A stretch of DNA of 64,000 nt, taken from NCBI GenBank assembly GCA_963735805.1, contig CAVTMK010000002.1, forward strand, positions 1,408,001 through 1,472,000, in the 5' to 3' direction. Both the position numbers and the translations under genes were made by a program. The number at the start of each line of letters is the position of its first letter. Position 1 is the first letter of the stretch. Below the pieces are notes generated by a model, which worked only from the letters and a program-made list of their open reading frames with translations, made no database searches and was not told the origin of the DNA. The stretch comes from an uncultured Verrucomicrobiae bacterium (GTDB lineage: Bacteria; Verrucomicrobiota; Verrucomicrobiia; Chthoniobacterales; UBA10450). This document shows, piece after piece, positions 31,977 to 40,421 of the stretch.

Positions 31977-33162
31977 ATGCCGTATTACCAAAGACTGGGA
32001 GACATCCCGAGGAAACATCACATTTGGTTTCATCGTAACGGATCGACGCCGAGTTATAAGAACGAAGGCATCGCCTACGAGCACGTTTTTACGACACAGG
32101 GATTCGACGAAGCATATTCGATCATGTATCACCTGCGCCCGCCTACGCGTGTGCGCAACGTCGAGCTGATTAAGCATTGGGAGCCGAAAAAGGTGACCGA
32201 TAGTCCGCTGCGACATCATCATTTGAAGACGGCTAATATTCCGCGGCGCGGCGATCTGTACACCGGACGCATTCCGATGCTATTTAACCGCGATGTGATC
32301 GCGTACCGCGCCAGGCCTGCGAAGGCGTACGACAAGTTTCAATATTACAAAAACGGCGGCGCTGATGAGATCATTTTTGTGTTTCACGGCAGCGGCGTGA
32401 TGGAATCCGTCTTTGGGAAACTTCCTTATCGCGCCGAGGATTACATTGTCATTCCGCGGGGGATCACATATCGGTTGGTGCCTGACAAGATTGAAGAGGA
32501 AGATTATCTCATTCTCGAATCGGTTGGCCCGGTCCGGATTCCGCAGCGTTACCTGAATCACGAGGGGCAAATCAAAATGGGCGCGCCGTACCTCGGAGCG
32601 CGATCTCCACGGTCCTCGCGAGGTAATTACAATCGATAAGGAGGAAGACGTCGATATTCTCGTAAAGGATGGAGCGCGACTCACCCGGGTGACGCTGGCA
32701 CAGCATCCCTTCGATGCGGTCGGCTGGGACGGTTATCTCTACCCGTTCACATTCAACGCGCAGGATTTCGAGCCGATCACTGGAACATTGCATCAACCGC
32801 CGCCAATCCATCAGACCTTCGAAATTCGCGGATATGTAGTGTGCACGTTTGCACCGCGCATGCTCGATACGCACCCGGAAGCCGTAAAAATCCCATGGGT
32901 GCACGACAACGTCGAGGCTGACGAAGTTCTTTTTTACGTGCGCGGAAACTTTGGTTCACGGCGCGGAATCGAGAGCGGTTCCATCACATTGCATCCACGC
33001 GGGATTCCGCACGGCCCGCATCCGGGGACGATCATGGCAAGCAGGAACGCAACTCGCACGGAAGAGCTCGCCGTGATGTTTGACACGCAACACACGCTAG
33101 AGCTGACCGAGGAATCGCTCTCGCTAGACGACCCAAAATATCCGCAAAGCTGGCTTGAATAA
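31977..33162 (+). CDS. hmgA: Homogentisate 1,2-dioxygenase (+1 frameshift at ~32591)
   Basis: IPRKHH, YHLRPPT, HPFDAVGWDG, HQPPPIH, TLHPRGIPHGPHPG; removing one C restores PYSERDLHGP. Confidence 0.88.
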
Positions 33163-33231
33163 GGTGGATTGCATTCTTCGAGTGCGCTATAGAGACCGCT
33201 GCCCGGTGCTAGGTAAATCAAAATACGACGC

Positions 33232-33861
33232 ATGATTCAGAGCCGTAATCCCGATATAGACGTCGAGGAAAGATTCAGGCACGAGAACAATCGGCTTCCT
33301 GAAAAGGACCTCGACAAAATCGCCAAAGCATACCGTGCGTTGCTTCGCGACATCGGCGAAGACATCGATCGTGAAGGTCTGCGCCGTACTCCGGATCGGG
33401 CGGCGCGAGCCCTGGAATTTCTCACGCAAGGTTATCGCCAGGATCTCGACGAGATCATTAACGACGCGGTGTTCGATTCGAACGCGAGCGAGATCGTGTT
33501 GGTGAAAGACATAGAGTTGTATTCGTTGTGTGAACACCATTTGCTACCATTCATCGGCCGGGCCCATGTGGCTTACATCCCAAACGGTAAAGTGATCGGC
33601 CTCTCAAAGGTGGCGCGAATCGTAGATGTTTACGCACGTCGCTTACAGATTCAGGAGAACCTGACCACGCAAATTGCCCAAGCACTCATGAACTGCCTCG
33701 AACCATCCGGCGTCGCCGTGGTAGTGGAAGCAAAGCACCTTTGCATGATGATGCGAGGGGTTGAAAAACAAAACTCGGTAATGAAAACGTCGTGTTTACT
33801 GGGTGTTTTCAAGGACGACGCGCGGACCCGTTCCGAATTTCTCTCGTTGCTGAAAGATTGA
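33232..33861 (+). CDS. folE: GTP cyclohydrolase I
   Basis: [51 protein letters not shown]. Confidence 0.96.
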   Translation: MIQSRNPDIDVEERFRHENNRLPEKDLDKIAKAYRALLRDIGEDIDREGLRRTPDRAARALEFLTQGYRQDLDEIINDAVFDSNASEIVLVKDIELYSLCEHHLLPFIGRAHVAYIPNGKVIGLSKVARIVDVYARRLQIQENLTTQIAQALMNCLEPSGVAVVVEAKHLCMMMRGVEKQNSVMKTSCLLGVFKDDARTRSEFLSLLKD

Positions 33862-33870
33862 TTCGCGAAA

Positions 33871-33897
33871 GGTGGAGCCTGTTGTCCTGAACAGGCT
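33871..33897 (+). repeat. REP-like hairpin, possible terminator between convergent genes
   Basis: GGTGG-AGCCTGTT-GTCCTG-AACAGGCT. Confidence 0.5.
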
Positions 33898-33981
33898 GGC
33901 AAAGAAGGCGGCCTTGGCTCCAAATTCTTGCCTAAGTATGACGCTCCATCTCATGTTTGCGGGGCATTAATTTGCGAACAC

Positions 33982-34398
33982 TTACGTCCGCGAGAATTGC
34001 TCGCTTAAGCGCGCCAGTGCAAGAGCTGCAAGGAGCAGCCCGAAATCACGCAGCGCCACATCAAAATACCCCGGAATCAGCAGGAGGTTTATGATGATCA
34101 GCGCCAGCCACGCGGCGACGATGTAAGCGAAGATTCGTGGTTTAAGCGCCACTCCAATTCCAGCCACAATTTCGATTGCGCCGACGACAAGCATTAACGT
34201 GTGTGCAGGTACGGGTGAAACCTTGGCTACCGTTTCGGGAATATATTGGTCCCAGTTAACCAACAAGTGAAAAAACTTGTCCAACCCGGCAAGGATGGGA
34301 GCGACTGTGAAACCAAAATGCAGGAGCCGGTATGCCTGCTGGGCGGGCGAACTGGCAGCTGTGCTGGTGACGGCAGATTGATCAATGCTCGTATTCAT
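33982..34398 (-). CDS. DoxX-like membrane protein
   Basis: FGFTVAPILAGLDKF..LLVNW..Y, EIVAG, YFDVALRDFGL. Confidence 0.75.
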   Translation of the reverse strand: MNTSIDQSAVTSTAASSPAQQAYRLLHFGFTVAPILAGLDKFFHLLVNWDQYIPETVAKVSPVPAHTLMLVVGAIEIVAGIGVALKPRIFAYIVAAWLALIIINLLLIPGYFDVALRDFGLLLAALALARLSEQFSRT

Positions 34399-34428
34399 GG
34401 CCGGCAATTTGTTGTATTAGTTATAATA

Positions 34429-34448
34429 AGTCAATAACTTATTTGACT
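34429..34448. promoter_or_regulatory. Palindromic operator copy 1, AGTCAA-N8-TTGACT
   Basis: tAAGTCAAtaacttatTTGACTa between the divergent doxX-like gene and second folE. Confidence 0.7.
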
Positions 34449-34482
34449 ATTGAACCGCAAGCCCGTTTCTTTCTGGCGCGTA

Positions 34483-35129
34483 ATGAACACTACCTTGGAC
34501 ATCTATCCCGCCATGAACGGAGTTGCGAACGGATGCAACGGAGAAGATGCAGCCGTTCGTGTCTGCAACTATGACGAGACCGTTTCGCCAGATCGCCTCG
34601 AACGGGCAACACTTGCAAAGGTCGACTCTCAGGTGTTGCTCCGTGAGCTTCTGCGTCGCATCGGCGAGGACCCCGATCGCGAAGGATTGCAACAGACTCC
34701 GGCGCGGATCATCCGATCTTGGAGCGAACTATTCAGCGGCTACGGGAAGCAAGCGGAGGACGTCCTCCGCACCCAATTTCACGCCGAGCGGTACAACGAG
34801 ATGGTACTTCTTCGCAATGTCGAATTCTATTCCACCTGCGAACATCACTTGCTGCCGTTTTCGTCGGTTTGTCGAAACTGGCGCGGTTACTTGATATTTT
34901 TGCGCGGAGACTCCAGGTACAGGAACGCCTGACCCGGCAAATTGTCAGCGAGCTGGAGCGCTTGCTCAAGCCAAAGGGGGTCGCCGTGATGATAGAGGGT
35001 AGACATCAGTGCATGAGCTGCAGGGGCGTGCGCAAGCGGGACGGAAAGATGATTACCAGTTGCCTCTTCGGCACGTTTAGAGAGAACGCTGCCAGCCGAA
35101 CTGAGTTTTCCTCGTTGTTAAGAAACTAG
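34483..35129 (+). pseudogene. folE: Second GTP cyclohydrolase I, disrupted by an internal deletion and frameshift at ~34861
   Basis: [10 protein letters not shown] jumps directly to VGLSKLAR in another frame; the GxAHxAYxP segment (~40 nt) is missing. Confidence 0.8.
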
Positions 35130-35146
35130 ATTCCCCGCGCGAATTC

Positions 35147-35791
35147 TTATTTCACCTCGAAGCGACAGGAAGGCTGGGGTCCAGTGATGCAATGTGCTTT
35201 GACCGGAGTTCCAATTATCTCGGTGAGCAAGGATTCCGCCAGAAGACATGCTTCAGGGTGATTCGCGGTAGCTGCGGCAATTGGACAGCCGCTGCCACAG
35301 ATGAAGTCTTTCCCATTTTCCTCCCGAAACGTGGCCATCCCGCCGAGCTCCTTGAGAATGCCAAGAGCAGCATCGATTCTTTGCCGCCGGGTTTTGCCTT
35401 TTACCTCGAAGAGATGTTCCTCCGCTACGCTACGTCCGGCGGCACGCATTCCGGCGCGCAAGGTTCTTGGCTTAAGCTGTCGGGAAAACATAGCCATGAT
35501 AAGCGAGACCAAGCGGCCGTATGCTTTCGGAAAAACCTGTTCGGATTCCGGCCCGAGAACATACGTGGCGTGTGGTCTGCGAATTCCCGGTCTCATACCT
35601 GATTGTGCCACGAGTCTGTCCCGCTCAAGACTGGCAAGATGTGCGCGCACCGCGTTGTCAGTCAGGTGCAGCGCGTCCGCGAGTTCGTTCACTGTGCACT
35701 CTCGAGCCCGGAGGAGTTCGAGGATTTTCCCCCGGGTACTTTTGAACAGGCGGTCTTGCGAGCCTATATACTTCATTAGATTAACGATCAT
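35147..35791 (-). CDS. SufR-like/ArsR-type HTH regulator with C-terminal Cys motif (start may be 35776)
   Basis: STRGKILELL...TVNELA...NAVRAHLASLE...RRP; C-x12-C-x3-E then C-x7-C. Confidence 0.8.
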   Translation of the reverse strand: MIVNLMKYIGSQDRLFKSTRGKILELLRARECTVNELADALHLTDNAVRAHLASLERDRLVAQSGMRPGIRRPHATYVLGPESEQVFPKAYGRLVSLIMAMFSRQLKPRTLRAGMRAAGRSVAEEHLFEVKGKTRRQRIDAALGILKELGGMATFREENGKDFICGSGCPIAAATANHPEACLLAESLLTEIIGTPVKAHCITGPQPSCRFEVK

Positions 35792-35805
35792 GCGTATTCC
35801 GATTA

Positions 35806-35825
35806 AGTCAAAAGAAGGTTTGACT
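35806..35825. promoter_or_regulatory. Palindromic operator copy 2, AGTCAA-N8-TTGACT
   Basis: tAAGTCAAaagaaggtTTGACTa between the divergent regulator and PTPS gene. Confidence 0.7.
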
Positions 35826-35880
35826 AATTCTGGATTCGAAGTGCGTTCGCCGGTCGCTAATGGGTGAGGGGATGGCGCTT

Positions 35881-37092
35881 ATGCTCTTGACGGTTAGCAA
35901 GCGACTTGAATTTTCGGCCTCGCGACGGCTGTTCTTTCGAGAATGGAGCGATCAGGAAAACCTCGCGGTTTTCGGGCCCGAAACGAAAGCGCGCCATGGA
36001 AGCGGCCGCAACTACGTCGCTTATTTCGTTTTCACCGGCCCAGTAAATCCTGCTACGGGGATGCTGATTAACATTAGTGAGATCAAGGAGCGCGCTGGCG
36101 AGATTCTCCGCGAGCGATTTGATCACAAATTCCTCAACGAAGATAACCCGTCTTTCCAGAAAGTTCCGCCTACTGTCGAAAACGTTGCCCGCCAACTTTA
36201 TCTCGATGTCGCGCCGTTATTTTCTGACGATGTGGCGCAACTTGTTGCTTGTCATCTTAGCGAGTCACCGGAGAGGAGCGCGACATTCTATTCCACTGGC
36301 GTCTGTGAAGGGAACTATTGGTTTGAATTTTCATCGGCGCGCAAGACCATGTCGCCTCTGTTAAATGCCGAGGAAAACGCGCGTTTGTTTGGGTCGGCCA
36401 CCTCTATTCACGGACACCATTATCGCGCGCGTCTTACATACCGGTCTAATAAAGCCATTAGCGATGTGCCCTTGGTTCGCCACGATGCTGTCGACGCCTG
36501 CTTGCGTGCTCTGCACGAAGAACTCGACCACCGCTATCTGAACGAGGAAGTGGCTGGCTTGGAGAATCGTGCCATCACGACGGAGAGTTTAACGCATTAC
36601 ATCTACGAACGGGCAAGCTCAATGACCCCGCTGGATCGTGTTCGCCTGCATGAACGCGCGGATTTTTTTGCCGAGGCGTGGAAGGACAAAACCATTTTCC
36701 TTGGAATGCGGATGCCATTTTATGCAGCACACCGATTGTGTGCGGCTACGCTTTCCGACGCCGAAAACGCGAAGCTTTACGGCAAATGCAATAACCTCCT
36801 GGGTCACGGCCATGGTTATCTGACAGAGACAACCATTGGCGGAGATTACGATGAACGCAGCGGAACACTCTACGATTTTGTCACATTGAGGAGGGTTATC
36901 CATGAATCGCTGGAACCATGGCAGGATCGACATCTGGATCTGGAAACAGAGGACTTCCGCGATTCGCCTTCCACGGGAGAAAACATTGTGCGTGCCCTCT
37001 GGCCAAGGATTGATAACCGTCTAAATCAGCGACTCGTTAGGCTACGTTTATGGGAGACGGCGAATAACCGGTTTACGCTGCGGCGAACCTGA
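35881..37092 (+). CDS. Three-domain tandem 6-pyruvoyl-tetrahydropterin synthase (PTPS/QueD T-fold)
   Basis: Three repeats of F.(A/S)...EN...(F/Y)G..HG..Y...TxE; domain 3 has FYAAHRL..LYGKCNN..GHGH..WET.NN; start uncertain (35860/35872/35881). Confidence 0.85.
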   Translation: MLLTVSKRLEFSASRRLFFREWSDQENLAVFGPETKARHGSGRNYVAYFVFTGPVNPATGMLINISEIKERAGEILRERFDHKFLNEDNPSFQKVPPTVENVARQLYLDVAPLFSDDVAQLVACHLSESPERSATFYSTGVCEGNYWFEFSSARKTMSPLLNAEENARLFGSATSIHGHHYRARLTYRSNKAISDVPLVRHDAVDACLRALHEELDHRYLNEEVAGLENRAITTESLTHYIYERASSMTPLDRVRLHERADFFAEAWKDKTIFLGMRMPFYAAHRLCAATLSDAENAKLYGKCNNLLGHGHGYLTETTIGGDYDERSGTLYDFVTLRRVIHESLEPWQDRHLDLETEDFRDSPSTGENIVRALWPRIDNRLNQRLVRLRLWETANNRFTLRRT

Positions 37093-37171
37093 AGCACATG
37101 TGAGGACGGACCGCCGGGCCGTCCGTTCTATTGCACGAGGCGGCGGCTGGCGATCGCAGCCTTCAATTTTT

Positions 37172-37864
37172 ATGAAACGATATCTTATCACGGGCGCAAG
37201 TCGCGGGATTGGCCGTGCGATTGCCGAAAAACTGGCAGGTCCGGATATTGAATTGCTTCTCCACGGGCGGGATACGGTGGCTCTGGCCAAGGTATGTCGT
37301 TGTGTGAAGCACCATTGCGCACGTGTGGTTCGCCTGATTCATGATCTTGCTGTTTCGTCAGGCGTTTCCGATCTAATCGACCAAGTTGGAAAAAAGCCAC
37401 TTGATCTGTTGGTGAACAACGCAGGCATCGCGATCGTAAAGCCCTTTTGCGAAATCACACCCATTGAATGGAAACAAACCGTCGGCGTAAATATCACTGC
37501 GCCCTTTATGCTAATGCAGCATTTTGCGCCCAACATGCCGCCTGGCTCCAGCATCGTTAACATTCTTTCGATCGCAGCAAAGACGGGTTTTGCGAATTGG
37601 AGCGCCTATTGCATGAGCAAGTTTGCGCTCGAAGGTTTCTCGCAATGCGTGCGTGAAGAATTACGTGATCGCAAGATCCGGGTACTCAACGTTTATCCTG
37701 CTGCCACCGACACCAACATCTGGACGCAAATCGAGGGGAAATGGCCGCGCCCGAAGATGATTTCCCCAGAAAATGTCGCCAGCGTTGTGGCGTACGCACT
37801 GTCTCGTCCCCCGGACGTCACGTTGGAGAATATCAGTATTTCCAGCTTGGCTGGAAATCTCTGA
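37172..37864 (+). CDS. SDR oxidoreductase, sepiapterin reductase-like
   Basis: TGASRGIG, NNAG, YCMSKF, YPAATDT.IW; directly downstream of PTPS. Confidence 0.75.
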   Translation: MKRYLITGASRGIGRAIAEKLAGPDIELLLHGRDTVALAKVCRCVKHHCARVVRLIHDLAVSSGVSDLIDQVGKKPLDLLVNNAGIAIVKPFCEITPIEWKQTVGVNITAPFMLMQHFAPNMPPGSSIVNILSIAAKTGFANWSAYCMSKFALEGFSQCVREELRDRKIRVLNVYPAATDTNIWTQIEGKWPRPKMISPENVASVVAYALSRPPDVTLENISISSLAGNL

Positions 37865-37892
37865 TTCCTTAGTCTTGGTGTTATCCGTACGT

Positions 37893-37967
37893 TGTAGCCA
37901 CGGCTCTGTCAGCCGTTTTCCCAAGGACTGCGTTCCCGAAAGGCACCGGCCGCAGGCAGGTGGCTAT
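37893..37967. repeat. GTAG-type REP-like inverted pair
   Basis: TGTAGCC-ACGGCT-ctgtc-AGCCGT with degenerate inverted partner ending GTGGCTAT. Confidence 0.5.
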
Positions 37968-37989
37968 GCAGCAGGGAAGATTTTGTCCT

Positions 37990-38839
37990 ATGATTAAAGC
38001 GCTGCAGAGCGAGCTCAGTATCAACGTTATCGCGTCGATTATCGTCTCATTCCTCTTTCTGGTCGCAGGGTTTCTGTGGGGCAAGTATAAGGAACAGCGT
38101 CGGAAGTTTGGGCGAAACCTCGAAGAGTACAGATTTCTATCCATTCACCGTTACCCGCGAAAACTTCGGCGAATTCAACCTGAAGGATTTTCGCCTGGGG
38201 ATGCATTATTTTCTCAAGAACGAAGATTACACCGCGGCGCGACAGCTTATTTTCATCGGCGAGCAGAACAATGTACGCGCGCAACTCGAACCCACCGAGC
38301 AAAAGGTTTACGCGCAGCTATTCGAGAAATATGACGGCAAAACCATCGCCGACGACACGCAGGAATTTCTTGAAAACTACGAACGGATTGTGCGCCTGAT
38401 GGGAAAATCGTTTCCCAATACCGGAATCGAGATCTTGCTGCACAACCTGGCCGACCCCGCACATTCGCTTATTACGCTCGAAAATAATGTAACCGGACGA
38501 CACCTGCGCGATGGCACAACAAATCTGCTGATTGATCTCAAACGCCGCCAGCTCCTCAACGAAGAGAAATTAAATTACGAGCTGAACATCGGGGCGCGAA
38601 AATTCAAATGCACGACGATTCCAATCAAACGCAAAGAATTTGGAATTGTTGGTGCGATCTGCATCAACATCGATGCCAATTATATCACCGAAGAAGTGTT
38701 GAAAGATCGACAACGAATCGAAACATGGTTCCGAAACTTTCTTCGCACCGACATGCAACTCGACGAAAATATTCTGAGCAAGGATGAATACGCGAATGCG
38801 CTCAAGGGCAAACGCCACTTCAAGGAGGAAACAACTTAG
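37990..38839 (+). CDS. Membrane-anchored YheO-like PAS domain protein (+1 frameshift at ~38131)
   Basis: N-terminal TM helix; removing A38131 joins NLEEY/DFYPF; EILLHNL.DP.HS...NNVTGR, KCTTIPI, GAICINID. Confidence 0.7.
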
Positions 38840-38962
38840 CAGGCAATCCACCATTTCGAGCGGACTCGCTCGACACTAAAGCTCCACGAAAGCTGGCTTA
38901 ACATTTCGCGGAAAAGGAAAGTTTCGAATCCAAAGCGGGGATCGATTGCATCACAAAGAGAG

Positions 38963-40372
38963 ATGGACAGTATCAGAATTGATCTATTATGGCTCGGATT
39001 GATCCTCTGCTTCTTGTCGGTGGCCTGTATCGATGCCGGCGCTGCCGACGAACCGGAAAACGCCCAGATCGACGATTGCCAAACAGGCGTTTATCGCTTT
39101 TCAGACGGAAAAATTCTCGACATAGCACGATCTGAGGGCGACACGTTTCGCTGGCGTACATTCGACGGCGCAACCGGGGTTTTGCATAAGATGCCGGACG
39201 GCTCCTGGACAAGCACGCTCGGATGGACAGATCATCCAGATGGGCACACTGCATCTTTCGCGCGCTGCGCGACGGGTGAAATCGAATTCGACCACAAGAC
39301 AGCTCATCGGATTCCGCTCGACGTGACCAATACGGTTTTCGAGGGTCGTTGCGGAGTTAAGCTCGCGGGCAGATTAGTGTTGCCGAAGCGCAAGTATCCA
39401 GTTCCGGTCGTGGTCCTCATTCACGGTGCCGAAAGGGAATCTGCGCGAGAGTCGCACGCGCTCCAACGACTGTTACCGGCCGAGAATGTTGGCGCTTTTG
39501 TGTATGACAAGCGTGGAACGGGCGGCTCGGAAGGCAAATATACGCAAGATTTCGATACGCTCGCAGATGACGCCGTGGCTGCGATGCGAGAAGCCAGGCG
39601 GATTGCAGGCACACGCTGTGTGAGAATCGGATATCAGGGTGGTAGCCAGGGAGGCTGGGTCGCGCCGCTCGCTGCGACGCGTGCCCCTGTCGATTTCGTT
39701 ATTGTTAGTTTCGGATTGGCCGTCTCCGTCATTGACGAAGACCAGGAGGAGGTTGCGCTCGAGATGCGCCTCAAAGGTCATAGCCAGGAGGAGATTTCAA
39801 AGGCGCTGGAGGTTGCATCCGCGGCCGAGGCCGTGTTTGAGAGCGGTTTCACCAAAGGTTTCGAACGTTTCGATGCTGTGAGAGCCAAGTACCGCAACGA
39901 GCCTTGGTACAAAGATGTGCATGGTAACTATACGCATTTTATTTTGCCGTACAGCGCGTCCGAGGTACGCGAGAAGTTTAAGGATTCTCTTCCCGGCACG
40001 CCGTTCCGCTACGATCCCATGCCTATGCTTCGCGCCGTCAAAGCGCCGCAGTTGTGGATTCTCGGAGAAGACGACCTCGAAGCGCCGAGCGCGGAGACAT
40101 TTCGCCGTATCAAAATGCTGATCGGGGAAGGAAAGCCAATTACGCTCGCCCTATTTCCTCATGCCGAGCACGGAATGACCGAATACGAATTTGATTCAAA
40201 AGGCGAGCGCGTCTCGACACACTATGCGCCGGGTTACTTTGCCATGATGCGTGACTTTGCGCGAGACGGCCAGATATCGGGCTCCTATGGATCAAGCGTT
40301 GTCGTCAAACCGGAGACAGTCCAGGGAAGTCGAGCGATTCCTAGTCCATCACGCACACAGGGCGAACAGTAG
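38963..40372 (+). CDS. Secreted alpha/beta hydrolase (S9/CocE-like)
   Basis: VLIHGA, YDKRGTGGS, GGSQGG, GEDD, AEHG. Confidence 0.85.
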   Translation: MDSIRIDLLWLGLILCFLSVACIDAGAADEPENAQIDDCQTGVYRFSDGKILDIARSEGDTFRWRTFDGATGVLHKMPDGSWTSTLGWTDHPDGHTASFARCATGEIEFDHKTAHRIPLDVTNTVFEGRCGVKLAGRLVLPKRKYPVPVVVLIHGAERESARESHALQRLLPAENVGAFVYDKRGTGGSEGKYTQDFDTLADDAVAAMREARRIAGTRCVRIGYQGGSQGGWVAPLAATRAPVDFVIVSFGLAVSVIDEDQEEVALEMRLKGHSQEEISKALEVASAAEAVFESGFTKGFERFDAVRAKYRNEPWYKDVHGNYTHFILPYSASEVREKFKDSLPGTPFRYDPMPMLRAVKAPQLWILGEDDLEAPSAETFRRIKMLIGEGKPITLALFPHAEHGMTEYEFDSKGERVSTHYAPGYFAMMRDFARDGQISGSYGSSVVVKPETVQGSRAIPSPSRTQGEQ

Positions 40373-40421
40373 GCGATTCCTCGCTTCTGCTTTCGTCATT
40401 CGTTCGTGATGGCAACGAGAC

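Noticed and set aside
35881..37092. queD / queuosine or 7-deazaguanine DNA-modification cluster
   Set aside because: No queC, queE, queF, tgt or dpd genes; motif and context favour BH4-type PTPS
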